From an uncultured Acidobacteriota bacterium (GTDB taxonomy: Bacteria; Acidobacteriota; Vicinamibacteria; Fen-336), in the NCBI GenBank assembly GCA_963760685.1, contig CAVXEA010000003.1:181378-245377 (forward strand): a DNA stretch of 64,000 nt, in the 5' to 3' direction. Below are positions 20,297 through 32,264 of the stretch, piece after piece (position 1 is the stretch's first letter; each line of letters begins with the position of its first letter). Below the pieces are notes generated by a model. That model was not told the DNA's origin, searched no databases, and was given only the letters and a program-made list of their open reading frames with translations. The position numbers and the translations under genes were made by a program.

Positions 20297-21742
20297 TCAA
20301 GCCTCCGGTAGCTTCTGGCCCGCCTTGGGCTTGAACTTGAAGAGGTTCTTGTACTCCTGCCCTTCCTTGAACCACCGGTCCTCGGGGTCCAGGAGCTGCT
20401 CCTCCCAGATCGGATCCGTGAGCTGCTGGAAGCGCGCCGCGTAGCGATCGACCCAGGCCCTCACCTCGGGGTCCTTGATGATGTCTTCGGAATGCTCGTG
20501 GCCCGAAGGCACGAGGTGCTCGGCTACGACCTTGCGCAGCACCTCCGGGTTGTCCACGATCATGCACGGGCGGCGCAGGTTGCCGCTCGCGTTGTACGGG
20601 AACTCGCGTCGCAGCGCCTTGAAGAAGGGCGCGTTCACCGCCTCCACGATCGTCTTGTCGCGGATGTTGTCGAGTCCAAAGTGCGCGAACACGCACGGCT
20701 CGATCTGGCCGGAGTTGAGGATGTGCATATAGGTGCGGGCGGCGAGGCACCCGGCCGCTGCCGGCCCGTCGTTCCAGAAGTCGGCGAGGAAGATGGGATG
20801 GCGCCGGCGCAGCGCGGCCACGCGCTGCCCGCACGCAAGCCGCTGCTCCGGAGTCGGGACGAGGTCCAGGAGCGGATCCTTCCCCACGGGCATGAACATG
20901 AAGTACCAGGCGAAGATCGCTCCCCGCTCCACCCATTGCGCGACGAACTCGTCGGCCGTGACCTCGTCCACGTTCTCCCGCGTGTAGGTCACGCTGACTC
21001 CAAAGAGGACTCCCGCCCTCCGCAAGCGCTCGGCGGCGGCCAGCACCTTGTCGTGAACCCCACGGCCCCGGCGTGCGTCGGTCCGCGCGCCGTCCCCCTC
21101 GACGCTCATCCCCGGGGCGACGTTGCCCAGGCGCGCCAGCTCGCCGACCGTGGCCTCGTCGAGGAAGGTGCCGTTGGTGTAGGTCAGGAAGAACATGTCG
21201 TCGTACTTACGGAAGATCCGGAACCACATGTCCTTGAGGAGATACGGCTCGCCCCCGGAGACCACGACGAAGTAGGCGCCGATGGAGCGGCACTCGTCGA
21301 GCACCCGGCAGATCTCGGCCTCCGAGAGCTCGCCGCGCTTGGAGTAGAGGCCCGAGTAGCAGCCCGTGCACTTGAGGTTGCAGCGCATGGTGGGGCTCAT
21401 GACCACGAAGCTCGGTACCCAGAGGTCGTTCGCCTGCAACGCCGCTCGGCGGCGGGCTCCGACCACGGCCCAGTTGTAGACGAGGTTGCCGAGAAGCTGC
21501 CGCTTCGCGCGCGGGTTGAGCTCCCGTCCGAGGCGAGCGAAGAGGGCAGCGAAGCCGCTCTCGGTCTCGATGTCGCGCTCAATGGTGTGAAGCAGGCTGG
21601 CCAGGCCGAAGCTGTGGTGCTTGGGCCCTGCGTTCACGGTCGCGACGAAACGCCGGAGGTCCTCGTAGCTCCCGGTGAGCATCCCGCCCATGCGCCGGGT
21701 CAGCACCCAACGACCAAGCCGATCCACGAGCGCCCTCGCCAT
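20297..21742 (-). CDS. Radical SAM protein with C-terminal SPASM/twitch-like region
   Basis: SPTMRCNLKCTGC (CxxxCxxC), SGGEP, TNG, ADFWND, GCLA...HI...EPCVFAHF, PCMIVDNP; start position uncertain. Confidence 0.9.
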   Translation of the reverse strand: MARALVDRLGRWVLTRRMGGMLTGSYEDLRRFVATVNAGPKHHSFGLASLLHTIERDIETESGFAALFARLGRELNPRAKRQLLGNLVYNWAVVGARRRAALQANDLWVPSFVVMSPTMRCNLKCTGCYSGLYSKRGELSEAEICRVLDECRSIGAYFVVVSGGEPYLLKDMWFRIFRKYDDMFFLTYTNGTFLDEATVGELARLGNVAPGMSVEGDGARTDARRGRGVHDKVLAAAERLRRAGVLFGVSVTYTRENVDEVTADEFVAQWVERGAIFAWYFMFMPVGKDPLLDLVPTPEQRLACGQRVAALRRRHPIFLADFWNDGPAAAGCLAARTYMHILNSGQIEPCVFAHFGLDNIRDKTIVEAVNAPFFKALRREFPYNASGNLRRPCMIVDNPEVLRKVVAEHLVPSGHEHSEDIIKDPEVRAWVDRYAARFQQLTDPIWEEQLLDPEDRWFKEGQEYKNLFKFKPKAGQKLPEA

Positions 21743-22115
21743 CGAGCTCTCGGGCGGGTGCTTGACCTCGTTCAGTCGCGACCGTACCCCGGGTGTCTGG
21801 TCCTCGACAAAATGCAGCACGTTTCTGTGCCTCCCAAGCGGGGGTGGGTGCAATTTGAGTGCCCAGCGAACAGCCGCTGCGAAGTGCTCTCAAATGACTG
21901 ATGAGAAGAGGGGTGACCTTGGGTTGAGCTGACCGGTCGTCGGCGGGCGCCTACGCGGTCACGCACAAATTGCCGCCGGAGCAGGCGCGCCGCGACCAGG
22001 ATCGGGTCTGCGCCCGCGGGCCGTGTCGGCCGGGTCCGTCGGCGCAAGCGTCGTGAAGGGCCGTACGATCGGCCCGGAGGAAGGACGCTCAACCCCGCGT
22101 GCTAAGCTCCGCTCC

Positions 22116-24810
22116 GTGTCGGCCCCGAGGAGCTGCCCGAGCTGCTCGAGTCCCCTCCCTGCGGGGAGTCGCTTCTGCGGGTCCTGCGGTCAGCCCGCCG
22201 TACCCTCGTCCGCGCTGCCGACGATGGAGCGTCCGCGATCGCGCCCCGTCGTCTTCGGAGGCGCGGTTCCTTCCCGGCGTCATCCTCGCCGGCCGCTACC
22301 GCATCATCGGACTTCTGGGACGAGGCGGGATGGGTGAGGTCTACCGGGCCGACGACTTGAAGCTCGGTCAGCCGGTCGCCCTCAAGTTCCTGCCGCCGGG
22401 ATTCGACACGAACGCCGAGCGCCTCCAGCGTTTCCTCGACGAAGTGCGCACCGCGCGCCAGGTCTCCCACACCAACGTCTGCCGGATCTACGACGCGGGC
22501 GAGGCCGACGGGCATCACTTCCTGTCGATGGAGTACGTCGACGGCGAGGACCTGGCGTCCCTGCTGCGCCGCATCGGGCATCTCCCGAAGGACAAGGCGA
22601 TCCAGATCGCGCGACAGCTCTGCGCCGGCCTCGCGGCCTCCCACGAAATCGGCGTGCTGCACCGCGACCTGAAGCCGGCGAACATCATGATCGATGGCCG
22701 TGGCCGCGCGCGCATCACCGACTTCGGCCTCGCCCGGTTCGTGGAGGAGATCGAAGGCGCGGAAATCCTCTCCGGCACTCCGGCCTACATGGCGCCGGAA
22801 CAGCTCGCGGGACGGGAGGTCTCCGTCCGCAGCGACATCTACTCTCTCGGTCTCGTGCTCTACGAGCTGTTCACCGGGAAGCAGGCGTTCAAGGCGACTC
22901 GGTGGACGAGCGGAGGCGCTGCAATCGGAGACGACGCCGTCTTCCCCGTCGAGCCTCATGGAGGACTTCGATCCGACGGTGGAGCGGGTCATCCTCCGCT
23001 GCCTGGAGGCGGATCCGGCGCGCCGGCCATCCTCGGCCCTGGCGGTCGCGGCGGCGCTCCCGGGTGGCGATCCGCTGGCCGCCGCGCTCGCCGCCGGAGA
23101 AACGCCGTCCCCGGAGATGGTGGCCGAGGCGGGAGACAGTGCTGCGGTGTCGCCGGCGATCTCCTGGAGCGCGCTCGCCGTGTTCTTCGCCGCGCTCGGC
23201 GCCTTCGTTGCGCTGTCGCCCCGCACTTCGCTCTTGGGATTGGCGCCGCTCGAGAAGCCGCCCGAGGTGCTTCAGGAGCGCGCGCGGGAGATCCTCGCGG
23301 AGGCGGGCCACGACCGGAAGCCGGCCGACAGTCTCTTTGCCTTCGAGGCGAATCGCGACTACCTCGAGGACGTGCTGCGGCGAGCGGGGTCGGGCGCACT
23401 CCGATGGGACGTCCTCCGGGCGACCCCGCCGAGCGGAATCGTCTTCTGGTATCGCCAGAGTCCCGCACCGCTGATACCGCTGAACGGAGCCCTGATTGGA
23501 TGGTGGCTGGAAGATCCTCCGGACGCAACGCCGGGAATGGCGCGGGTCGGCCTCGACGCCGACGGACGGCTGATCTCGTTGCTCGTGGTTCCGGACGAGC
23601 GTACGCCGCCAGGACCGGCTGCGCCGGAGCCGGACTGGGGGCCGCTCCTCCGCGCGACCGGTGTCGATGCGACTTCGCTCGTGCCCGTGCCGCCGGAGTG
23701 GGCGCCACCGGTCTTCGCGGATCGTCGCGCCGCCTGGACGGGATCGTGGCCCGGGAAGCCGGAGGTACCGCTCCGGATCGAGGCCGCCGCGGCGGATGGC
23801 AAGCCGGTATCGCTGCGGATCGTCCTGCCGTGGACCCGCCCCGCGGAGGCGCCGGAGCCGCAACGAGGCTTCTGGAATCGAGCCTCGCAGTTGATGCACG
23901 TGTTCTTGCCCGGAGTGGTCGTCGTGGCGGCAGGCTTCGTGGCGCTCCGAAACGTGCGCCGGGGCCGGGGAGACCGCCGCGGCGCGCTCCGGCTCGCCCT
24001 GTACCTGGGGGCCGCCCGATTGCTGTGGTTCCTCGGGGCGCATCACGTGGCCTCGACCGCCGAGTTCGACCTGTTCATGTCGCACCTCTCGTACGCCATG
24101 CTGCGGGTCGGGCTGGCGTACGTGTTCTACCTGGCGATCGAACCCTACGCCCGCAGGCTGTGGCCGCGGATGCTGGTTTCCTGGGTGCGGATTCTCGACG
24201 GAGGCTTCCGCGACCCCCTCGTGGGCCGCGACCTCCTGGTCGGGGCTGCTGCCGGCGCGTTGGTCGCCCTGGTGGGACGGCTCCAGTTCTGGATTCCCGC
24301 GGCGCTCGGCGGAACGTCGGCGCTCCCGACCTTCGGTCACTGGACCTTCGAGCCGCTCCGGGGAACCGTGCCGGCGTTCGTCTCCGTCGTGGGCATCCAT
24401 ACCCAGGCGCTCCTGGAGATCATCTTCCCGATGACGTGGCTGCTGATCTTCCGGTTGTTGCTGCGGCGCACCGTTCCTGCCGCTCGTCGTCGCCGGGCTG
24501 CTGGGCTCGATCCTGTTCTACCCCGAAACGGGGAGCATCCCGGGATACATCGTCGGATGGGCCTTCAGCATTGCGCTTTTCTGGGGTGTTCTGTTCCGAT
24601 TCGGTCTTCTGGCCTTCGCGGCCATGTTCCACGTGTACAGGCTGCTCGACCAGCTGCCGCTGACGCTTGCACCCGGACGGCTGGTACCTGGGGGCGGTGC
24701 TTCTGGCCCTGACCTTCATCGCCGCTCCGGCGCTCTGGGGGTTCTGGACGTCACAGGCGGGACGGCCGCTGTTCCGCGACGAGATCCTGGAGCCGGCGGC
24801 GCGGCGCTGA
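22116..24810 (+). CDS. Zn-ribbon - Ser/Thr kinase - multi-pass membrane sensor; at least 4 frameshifts
   Basis: CPSC...CGSC (ORF 22023), kinase GRGGMGEVY/HRDLKPAN/DFG/GTPAYMAPE (ORF 22099), then TM, periplasmic region and several TMs (ORF 22694); ends at TGA 24808-24810. Confidence 0.82.
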
Positions 24811-24815
24811 TCGGC

Positions 24816-25939
24816 CTACAGGTCGACCGCGTACACCCGGATCGGCGTCCCGCCCTTGAAGCGGTCGGGCTTGTTCTCGAGCTTCAGCACCCCGCGCGGG
24901 CAGACGTGGGCGCACATGCCGCAGCCGACGCAGGCGGCGCGCTTCACGTCCTGGTTGGCCATGGCGTATGCGCGGACGTCGATGCCCATCTCGCAGTAGG
25001 TCGAGCAGTTGCCGCACGAGATGCACATGTCCTTCTTCACGGTGATGCGGAAGCGGCCGAACTTCTGGACGAGGCCGAGCATCGCGGCCATGGGGCAGCC
25101 GAAGCGGCACCAGACGCGCGTGCCCATGAGCGGGTAGAGGCCGACGCCGACCACGCCCGGAGAACATCGCGCCGATGGCGAAGCCGTAGTAGTCCTGCAC
25201 CTTGAAGGCGAAGCTGCGCGAAGTCGGGGTGCTGCTTGCCGATGGCCCAGTTCACCCAGACGATGGCGGTGGCCACGAGCGAGAGGAAGAGCACGGTGTG
25301 GATCGAGACCTTCTCGATGCGCCAGGCCGTGGGCGACTTGTCGGAGAGGTGCCGCCAGGGCTCGCCCGCGGTGTTGGCGAGGCCGCCGCAGCCGCAGATC
25401 CACGAGCAGTAGAAGCGCTTGCCGAAGAAGTAGGCGAGGAGCGGAAAGGCCACGAGGGAGCCGAGGAACGACCAGGCCAGGATCAGGAACGGCTGCTGCA
25501 GGATGTAGCTCGGGTAGAGGTACTCGATCTTGAGCGGCCAGAAGTAGGAGAAGTAGTGCTCGCGGTCGGTGAAGACCTTCATCACCAGGGGCAGCGCGAA
25601 CGCGAGCACGACCTGCACCGCGACCACCACGCTCGTGCGGATGAGCTGGTACCGGCTGTTGCCGTGGCGCTTGATGACGAAGAGGCCGCCCACGATCATG
25701 GCCAGCGTGTAGCAGGCGCCGTAGAGCACCCACTTGCTGTGGAAGGCCTTGGGCAGCGACAGCGCCCCCGCGATGCCTTCGGCCAGGCGCTGGATGGGGT
25801 CGGCCGCGAAGCCCCGGTAGGGATTGCCGCCGAAGTAGAGAAGGACGTAGGCGACGACCAGCACCGCCGAACAGAGCCAGGCCACGGGCTGCCGGTTCGA
25901 CACCGGATGCTTGTACGTGTTCATGAGGCCGGCTTGCAT
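24816..25939 (-). CDS. Membrane 4Fe-4S-binding protein (NapH/MauN-like); frameshift about 25190
   Basis: TM helices; RFYCSWICGCG, RVWCRFGCP, CISCGNCSTYC, CVGCGMCAHVCP. Confidence 0.85.
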
Positions 25940-25948
25940 GAGCGCTCC

Positions 25949-27239
25949 TCAGGCCCAGACCGCTTCGGGCAGCACCCGGAAGCGCGGCATGAACTCCTCG
26001 TCGAACTGCGCCTCGTGCAGGTGCTCGAGCACCCAGTCGAGGCTGCGGCGCTCGTGGATCCACCGCAGGCAGCGGCTCGTGGTCCCAGCGGCTGCCCAGC
26101 ATGTTGAAGCCGACCACGCGGTCGCCCTTGCAGACGATCTTCTGGCTCACGAGCTGGCCGGGCACGCGCTGGAACCAGGTGCGCACGTCGGGTCCCGGGT
26201 CGAGCGGCGTGTTGTCGAAGTTGAGGAGCGCGGGGACCCAGCCCGCCGTGGTCCACTCGAGGTCGAAGAACTTCGCCGAGTTGTACCAGGCGCCCCGGCG
26301 GTAGGCGACGTCGTCGCCGAGCATCGACAGCGCGGCGATGCGGCCCTGGTCGCGCGCGGTGTACCAGAGCTGCTCGGGCCGCCGCGAGCCGTCCGCCCAG
26401 GTGACGTTGGCGCAGTCGCCCGCCGCCCACACGTCGGGCGCGCCGGCGCGGAGGGCGTCGTCCACCTCGATGGCGCCGCCCGTGGCGAGGGCGAGGGGGC
26501 CGCCCGCGAGGAACGCGGTGTTGGGCACGACGCCGATCGAGGTGACCACGAGGTCGGCCGGCACCTCGGATCCGTCGACCTTGACCGCCCGGGGCCGGCC
26601 GTCGGGACCGCGCAGGATCTCCTCGACGTCGATGCCGAGCCGCACGTCGATGCCGTGGGCCCGCATGTGCTCGGCCACGAGCGCCGATTCCTTGCCGTCG
26701 AGGGCGAGCGGGAAGTACCAGTTCTCGCGGATCAGGAAGGTGACGTGGAGGCCGCGGTCGTGCAGGATCTCCGCGACCTCGACCCCGATGAGGCCGCCGC
26801 CGATCACCACCGCTCGCGCGCCCTTCCGGGCGTCGCGGTCGAGCCCTTCGAGATCGCGCAGGGTGACGAAGTAGTGGAGGCCCGGGCCCGCGGCTCCCGG
26901 CCAGGGAGCGGGCCGGGCCTTGGAGCCCACCGCGAGCAGGAGCTTGTCGTAGCCGAGGCGCCGGCCGTCCTCGAAGACGAGGGCGTGGGCCGCGGCGTCG
27001 AGGCTGCGCGACGCGGCCCCTGACGCGCTCGAACCCCATCCTCTCGTAGAGCCGGCGGTCGTAGGGCTCGGTGTCCTGGAGCCGGGTCTGCCCGCGAAGA
27101 CGTACATGAGCGCGGGCCGCGAGAAGAAGTGGTCGTGCTCGTCGGAGACGAGGGTGATCCGCGCCTCGGTGTCGCGTTGCCGCAGGGCGAGTGCCGCTTC
27201 GATGCCGCAGACGCCGTTGCCGACGATCACGTAGTGCAC
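25949..27239 (-). CDS. NAD(P)/FAD-dependent oxidoreductase (Pyr_redox_2, rubredoxin/ferredoxin-reductase-like); frameshifts about 27020-27080 and 26070
   Basis: VIVGNGVCG, YDKLLLAVGS, VVIGGGLIGVE, WAAGDCA. Confidence 0.88.
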
Positions 27240-27386
27240 GGGTCGTCTCCCCCGAGGACACTCCCTTGAACGAAGGCTCCACGTGTTCCATTCCAGGTCT
27301 TCGAAAGATAGCACTTCTTCGACGGGCGAGGCCCGCGCTGGAGAGGGGCGTCCTCTCGTCCTCAGCGGCTGCCAATCGAGGTGATT

Positions 27387-29116
27387 CTATCGGTCCCGAC
27401 CATAGACCACCCTGCCGCCCATGACGGTGGTCACGACCTCGAAGTCCTTCACCTTGTCGACCGGCTCCTTGAAGATGTCCTTCGAAAGGACGACGAGGTC
27501 GGCCAGCAGGCCCGGCGCGAGGCGGCCCTTCCTCGTTTCCTCGAACGAAGACCAGGCCGGCCCCGCCGTCCAGGCGTCGACGACCGTCCTGAGAGGCAGG
27601 CGCTGCTCCGGACCGAACCCGCCCTCGGGCTTTCCGTCGAGGGTGCGTCGAGTGAGCGCGGTGTGCATGCCTTGACGGGGATCGAGCTCCACCACCGGCC
27701 AGTCGGTGCCGAAGGTCAGGCGGCCGCCGGCATCCTGGATGCTCTTCCAGCCCAGGCGCGCGACGCCCGTTCCGGACCGATGTTGACGGCCCAGACCTCG
27801 AGCACGTTGGGGATGGGGTTCGCGTGGAAGGGCTGCATCGAGGCCATGACCCCGAGCTTGGCGAAGCGGGGAATGTCGGCGGCGCTGACCGCTTCGATGT
27901 GCTCGATGCGGTGGCGGCGGCCGCGGGCCGGCGCCGGGTTCGACTGGGCGGCCCGCTCGAAGGCGTCGAGGGTCATCCGGATGCCCGCGTCGCCGATGGC
28001 GTGGACGAAGATCTGCCAACCCCGCCCGTCCATCATCTTCACGATCCGGTCGAGGTCCGTCCACGGTGTAGTTCGGGATGCCCCGGGTGTCGCGGTTCGC
28101 GTAGGGCTCGAGCATGGCCGCGGTGTGGGCCTCGATGACGCCGTCCGCGAAGAGCTTCACGGCTCCCGTCTTGAGCCGGGCGGTGTCGGGATGCTTCTGC
28201 AGGATCTCGTCGTACTGGCTCGCTCGTTCCTCGCTGAACCCTGGCGGGGCGGAGAGGGCGGCGTAGACGCGCACGCCCAGCTCGTTGCGGCGCTCGAGGT
28301 CCACGAAAAGGTCGAACTCCTCGGGCTCGACGCCCGGCGTCCTGAACGCTCGTCACTCCGAGACGCTGGGCCTCTTTGACCGCGCGCCGCAGCGCCCGAG
28401 CTTGTCCTCTCGCGACAACGCGGGCAGGACCTTGTGCACGAGGTCCTGCGCGTCCTCCTTGAGCGCCCCCGTGGCCTCGCCTGTCGTCGGGTCGCGGACG
28501 ATGACGCCGTTCTTGGGGTTGGGCGTGGCCTTGGTGATGCCGGCCAGGGCCAGCGCCCGCGAGTTGACCCACGTGGTGTGGCCGTCGTAGCAGGTCATCA
28601 TCGCCGGGCGGTCCGCGACCGCCTCGTCGAGCTGCGCCCGCGTCGGGAGACCGCCCGGGAACGAGCCATAGAGCCAGCCGCGCCCGAGCACCCACGGCCG
28701 GTCGGGATGGGCGGCCGCGAAAGCGCGGATCTTGGCCTGCACGGCTCCCGAGGTCGCGCGGCCTCGAACAGGTTCACGCGGTCGAGCGACTGGCCGCCGC
28801 TCAGGAAATGGACGTGGGAGTCGTTGAAGCCCGCCATCACCGTGCCCTGGCGTGCGTCGATCACCTGCGTCTGGGCCGTCTTCAGGGCCTGGATCTCGGC
28901 GTTCGTGCCCACGCGCAAGACCTTGTCGCCGGCGATCGCGACCGCCTCGGCCATGGCCCCGCCGTTGCCCGGGTAGACCGCGCCGTTCATGACGATGAGA
29001 TCGGCGGGCATCGCCGGCTCGCGGGGCGCGCTGGCCACGGCGACCGTAACGGCAAGGCCGACGATCAGGGCCGGAAGGGATCGGGCGAGCGAGGGGTCTT
29101 TCAAGGGTTTCTCCAC
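27387..29116 (-). CDS. Amidohydrolase-3 (YtcJ-like) exported metallohydrolase; about 4 frameshifts
   Basis: GFNDSHVHF, DGHTTWVNSRAL, KLFADG, HAIGD, RHRIEHIE, FGTDWPV and LADLVVL across frames; start uncertain. Confidence 0.85.
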
Positions 29117-29209
29117 GGGCGTCGCCGGCAGCCCCACACCCGGCAGTCTATCGCGGGCGGGTGGCGCCCTGCCCTCCTCACTGGCCGGTCGAGAAATGTG
29201 CGATGGATC

Positions 29210-29418
29210 TCACGGAGGCGACCGCTCCCGAGACGGCACGAAGAGCAGGGCCATGATCGCGTTCTCCCACCAACGGTTGCAGTGCGCGGCCCCGATGTGA
29301 CGTCGCCCGCCCCGAGCCAGGTGAGCATGATGACGATGCCGGGCCCGAACGACCGTGCGTATTCGAGGAAGGAGCGGGGCACCGGCGGGGGCGCGGGAGG
29401 TGAGGCGGGGGAGCTCAT
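29210..29418 (-). pseudogene. Collapsed remnant of an Nramp-like transporter (N- and C-terminal fragments only)
   Basis: PRSFLEYARSFGPGIVIMLTWLGAGDV, followed at once in another frame by IGAAHCNRWWENAIMALLF. Confidence 0.55.
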
Positions 29419-29649
29419 TGCGCCGCATTCTGCGCCGTTGCGTTTGCGGGAGGCAACGAATCTCGGCCTCCGCGGGTGTATCGACCTGGACACGCCTGGC
29501 GGATGGACGATCGCGGAAGAGAATGACACCATCGTCGCAGGCGGCTCGAGCACCATGTCCGCGATCCCAAGTCACGTCACGCGACCGACCGGGTCCACGA
29601 TCCGCCCGGCGATCCAGAACGTCGGATTCCGGACCGGCAGTCACCGGAC

Positions 29650-32263
29650 GTGAGCGTCGAGCGAGCCGACGACGACGACCTCGCGCCCGCGGACTGGGGC
29701 CGCGTGAAAGAGGTGTTCCAGGAGGCCCTCGAACGGGACGTGGCGCTACGCCCGGCGTTCGTCGCGAATCGGTGCGGGGAAGATGCGGCCCTCCAGAAGA
29801 CCGTGGAGGCCCTCCTCGCCGCCCACGACGAGGCGGGCTCGTTCCTCGAGACTCCGACGGAATTGGCGGGTATGGCGGCCGGCCTCCTCGGCCGCGGTGA
29901 GCTGACGGGGGCGCTCGCCATTGGCAGCCGGGTCGGGCCGTACGAGGTCCTGGCCTTGCTCGAGGCGGGCGGGATGGGCGAGGTCTATCGGGCTCGCGAC
30001 GTACGCCTCGGCCGGGACGTGGCGGTCAAGGTGCTGCTGCCTCACTACTCGAAGGACCCCGATCGCCTGCGACGCTTCGAATCCGAGGCCCGCACCGCGG
30101 GGGCCATCAACGACCCCAACATCGTGACCGTCTTCGACGTGGGCTTTGACCAGGAGAAACCCTATCTCGTCTCGGAGCTGCTGGAAGGGGAGACGCTGGG
30201 CCACCGCCTGCGCGGCGGGCGTCTCGGCGTCCGCCAGAGCGCCGAGTTCGCCGCCCAGATCGCGCACGGCCTCTCCGCGGCCCACGAGAAGGGGATCGTC
30301 CATCGCGATCTGAAGCCCGACAACGTGTTCCTCACGAAGCGCGGCCCCGTGAAGCTCCTCGATTTCGGAGTCGCGAAGCTGATCCATGGGGCCCCCGACG
30401 AAACCAAGGAGCTCCTCGCGGGAGGGAGCCGGGCGGAGAGCACGCTCATGGGAACACCGGGCTACATCGCACCCGAGCAGCTGGAAGGCAGCGCCGTGGA
30501 CCACCGGGCCGACATCTTTGCCCTCGGGGCGGTGCTGTACCTCATGCTCACGGGGCGCTTCGCTTTCGCGGAAGAGACCACGTTCGAGGGCCTGCGCGCG
30601 ACGTTGACCAAGGCCCCGCGGCCGTTCTTGCCCACGGACGGGGTGCCGCCGAATCTACAGCGTATCGTCCTGCGCTGCCTGGAGAAGCGGCCGCAGGATC
30701 GCTTCCAGTCCGCCCACGAGGTGGGCATCGCATTGCGAGAGTTCATGGGGAGGCCTGTCGGTCTCGGTGGGCGCTCGGTTGGGCTCGGCATCGCCGCCGC
30801 GGTCGTGCTGCTCGTCGCGCTCTTCCTGTTCGATCGCGGACGCCACGCCGTTCCCAAGGGCGGGCCCGGGCCCGGCGTCGTCCGCTCCCTGGCGGTGCTG
30901 CCCTTCGAGAACGTCTCCGTTGGCGCCGACCAGGACTACTTCGCCGACGGGATGACGGATGCGCTCATCGCGGAGATCGGCCACACCCACTCCAGGGGTT
31001 TGCGGGTCATCTCTCGCGCTTCGGTCATGCCCTTCAAGGGGCGAAAGGCGGACCTTGGCGAGATCGGGCGTGCGCTCGGGGTGGACACCGTCGTCCAGGG
31101 CACGGTCCGGCGCGCCGGGAGAGCAGGTCGCACCTTGCCGTTCGGCTCGACCCGCGCCGCCACGGGAGAACGCCTGTGGGCCGGCAACTTCGAGGGGCGG
31201 ATGAACGCGATCGGTGAGCTCCAGCACCAGGTTGCAGGCGCCATCGCGACGGCCATCGCACCGGCCGACCAGCCCTCCCGCCCTTTGCCGCGCCCCCGTG
31301 AGCCACGGAGCGTCGAGGCCTACGAGGCCTACCTTCGGGGCCGCTACTACTGGAACATGCGGTCGGAGGAGGGGATCGCCAAGGCCATCGACCACTTCAA
31401 CCGTGCCCTCGAGCTCGACCCTCTCTATGCGCAGGCCTACACGGGCCTCGCCGACGCCCTGGTGACCCTCGGCGACATGCTCTACCTCATGCCTTCCCAC
31501 GACGCGTTCGCGAAAGCCGAAGCGGCGAGCCTGCGCGCGCTCGACCTCGATCCGTCCCAGGCGGAGGCGCATGCGACACTCGGCCATCTTCGAACGCACG
31601 CCTGGCGGTGGACCGAGGCGGAGACGGAGTTCCAGAGCGCGCTCGCGTTCAATCCCGCCTACGCCACCGCGCACCACTGGCGTGCCTACAACTTCGCCTC
31701 CCTGGGCCGGTCGGACGAAGCGATCGCCTCCATCGGGCGCGCCCAGGAGCTCGATCCGCTGTCGCCCATCATCGACGCGGACCGGGCCCAGATCCTCTTC
31801 TTCACGGGCCATCCCGACGACGCCATTGCCCAGTGCCGGAAGACCCTGCAGGTGAACCCCGGTTTCGCCGAGGCGCGACGCATCCTGTTCCTGGCCTTGC
31901 AGCGCACCCACCGCGACGCCGAGGCGCTCCACGAGCTCAGGGCCTATCATCGGCTTCCGGGTGGAGGCCCGGGCGGCAGCGTGGGCTGGGCGTACGCGGT
32001 GCTGGGCCATCGCGCGGAGGCCCTGGCCGTGCTCGAGGGAGCAGGAGCGGAGCCCGCAGAAGCGATTCGTGCCGCGGTACGACCTGGCGGTGATCTATGC
32101 CGGCCTCGGTGAGATCGACCGGGCGTTTTCGTTGCTCGACGAGTCCCTGACCACCCACGATCCCGAGAGCATGATCCTTCCCGTCGATCCCCGGCTCGAT
32201 GCGCTGCGCGGCGACCCCCGGTTCGGGGCCCTTCTCCGTCGCATGGGGTTGCCGCCGCCCTGA
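29650..32263 (+). CDS. Ser/Thr kinase - TM - TolB-like domain - TPR; frameshifts about 31130 and 32040
   Basis: GGMGEVY, HRDLKPDN, DFG, GTPGYIAPE; one TM; SLAVLPFENV...DYFADGMTDALI; EAYEAYLRGRYYW; TPRs. Confidence 0.87.
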
Positions 32264-32264
32264 T

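Noticed and set aside
21885-21925. CTGATGAG, the hammerhead ribozyme core start
   Set aside because: No stem II followed by GAAA and no flanking stems
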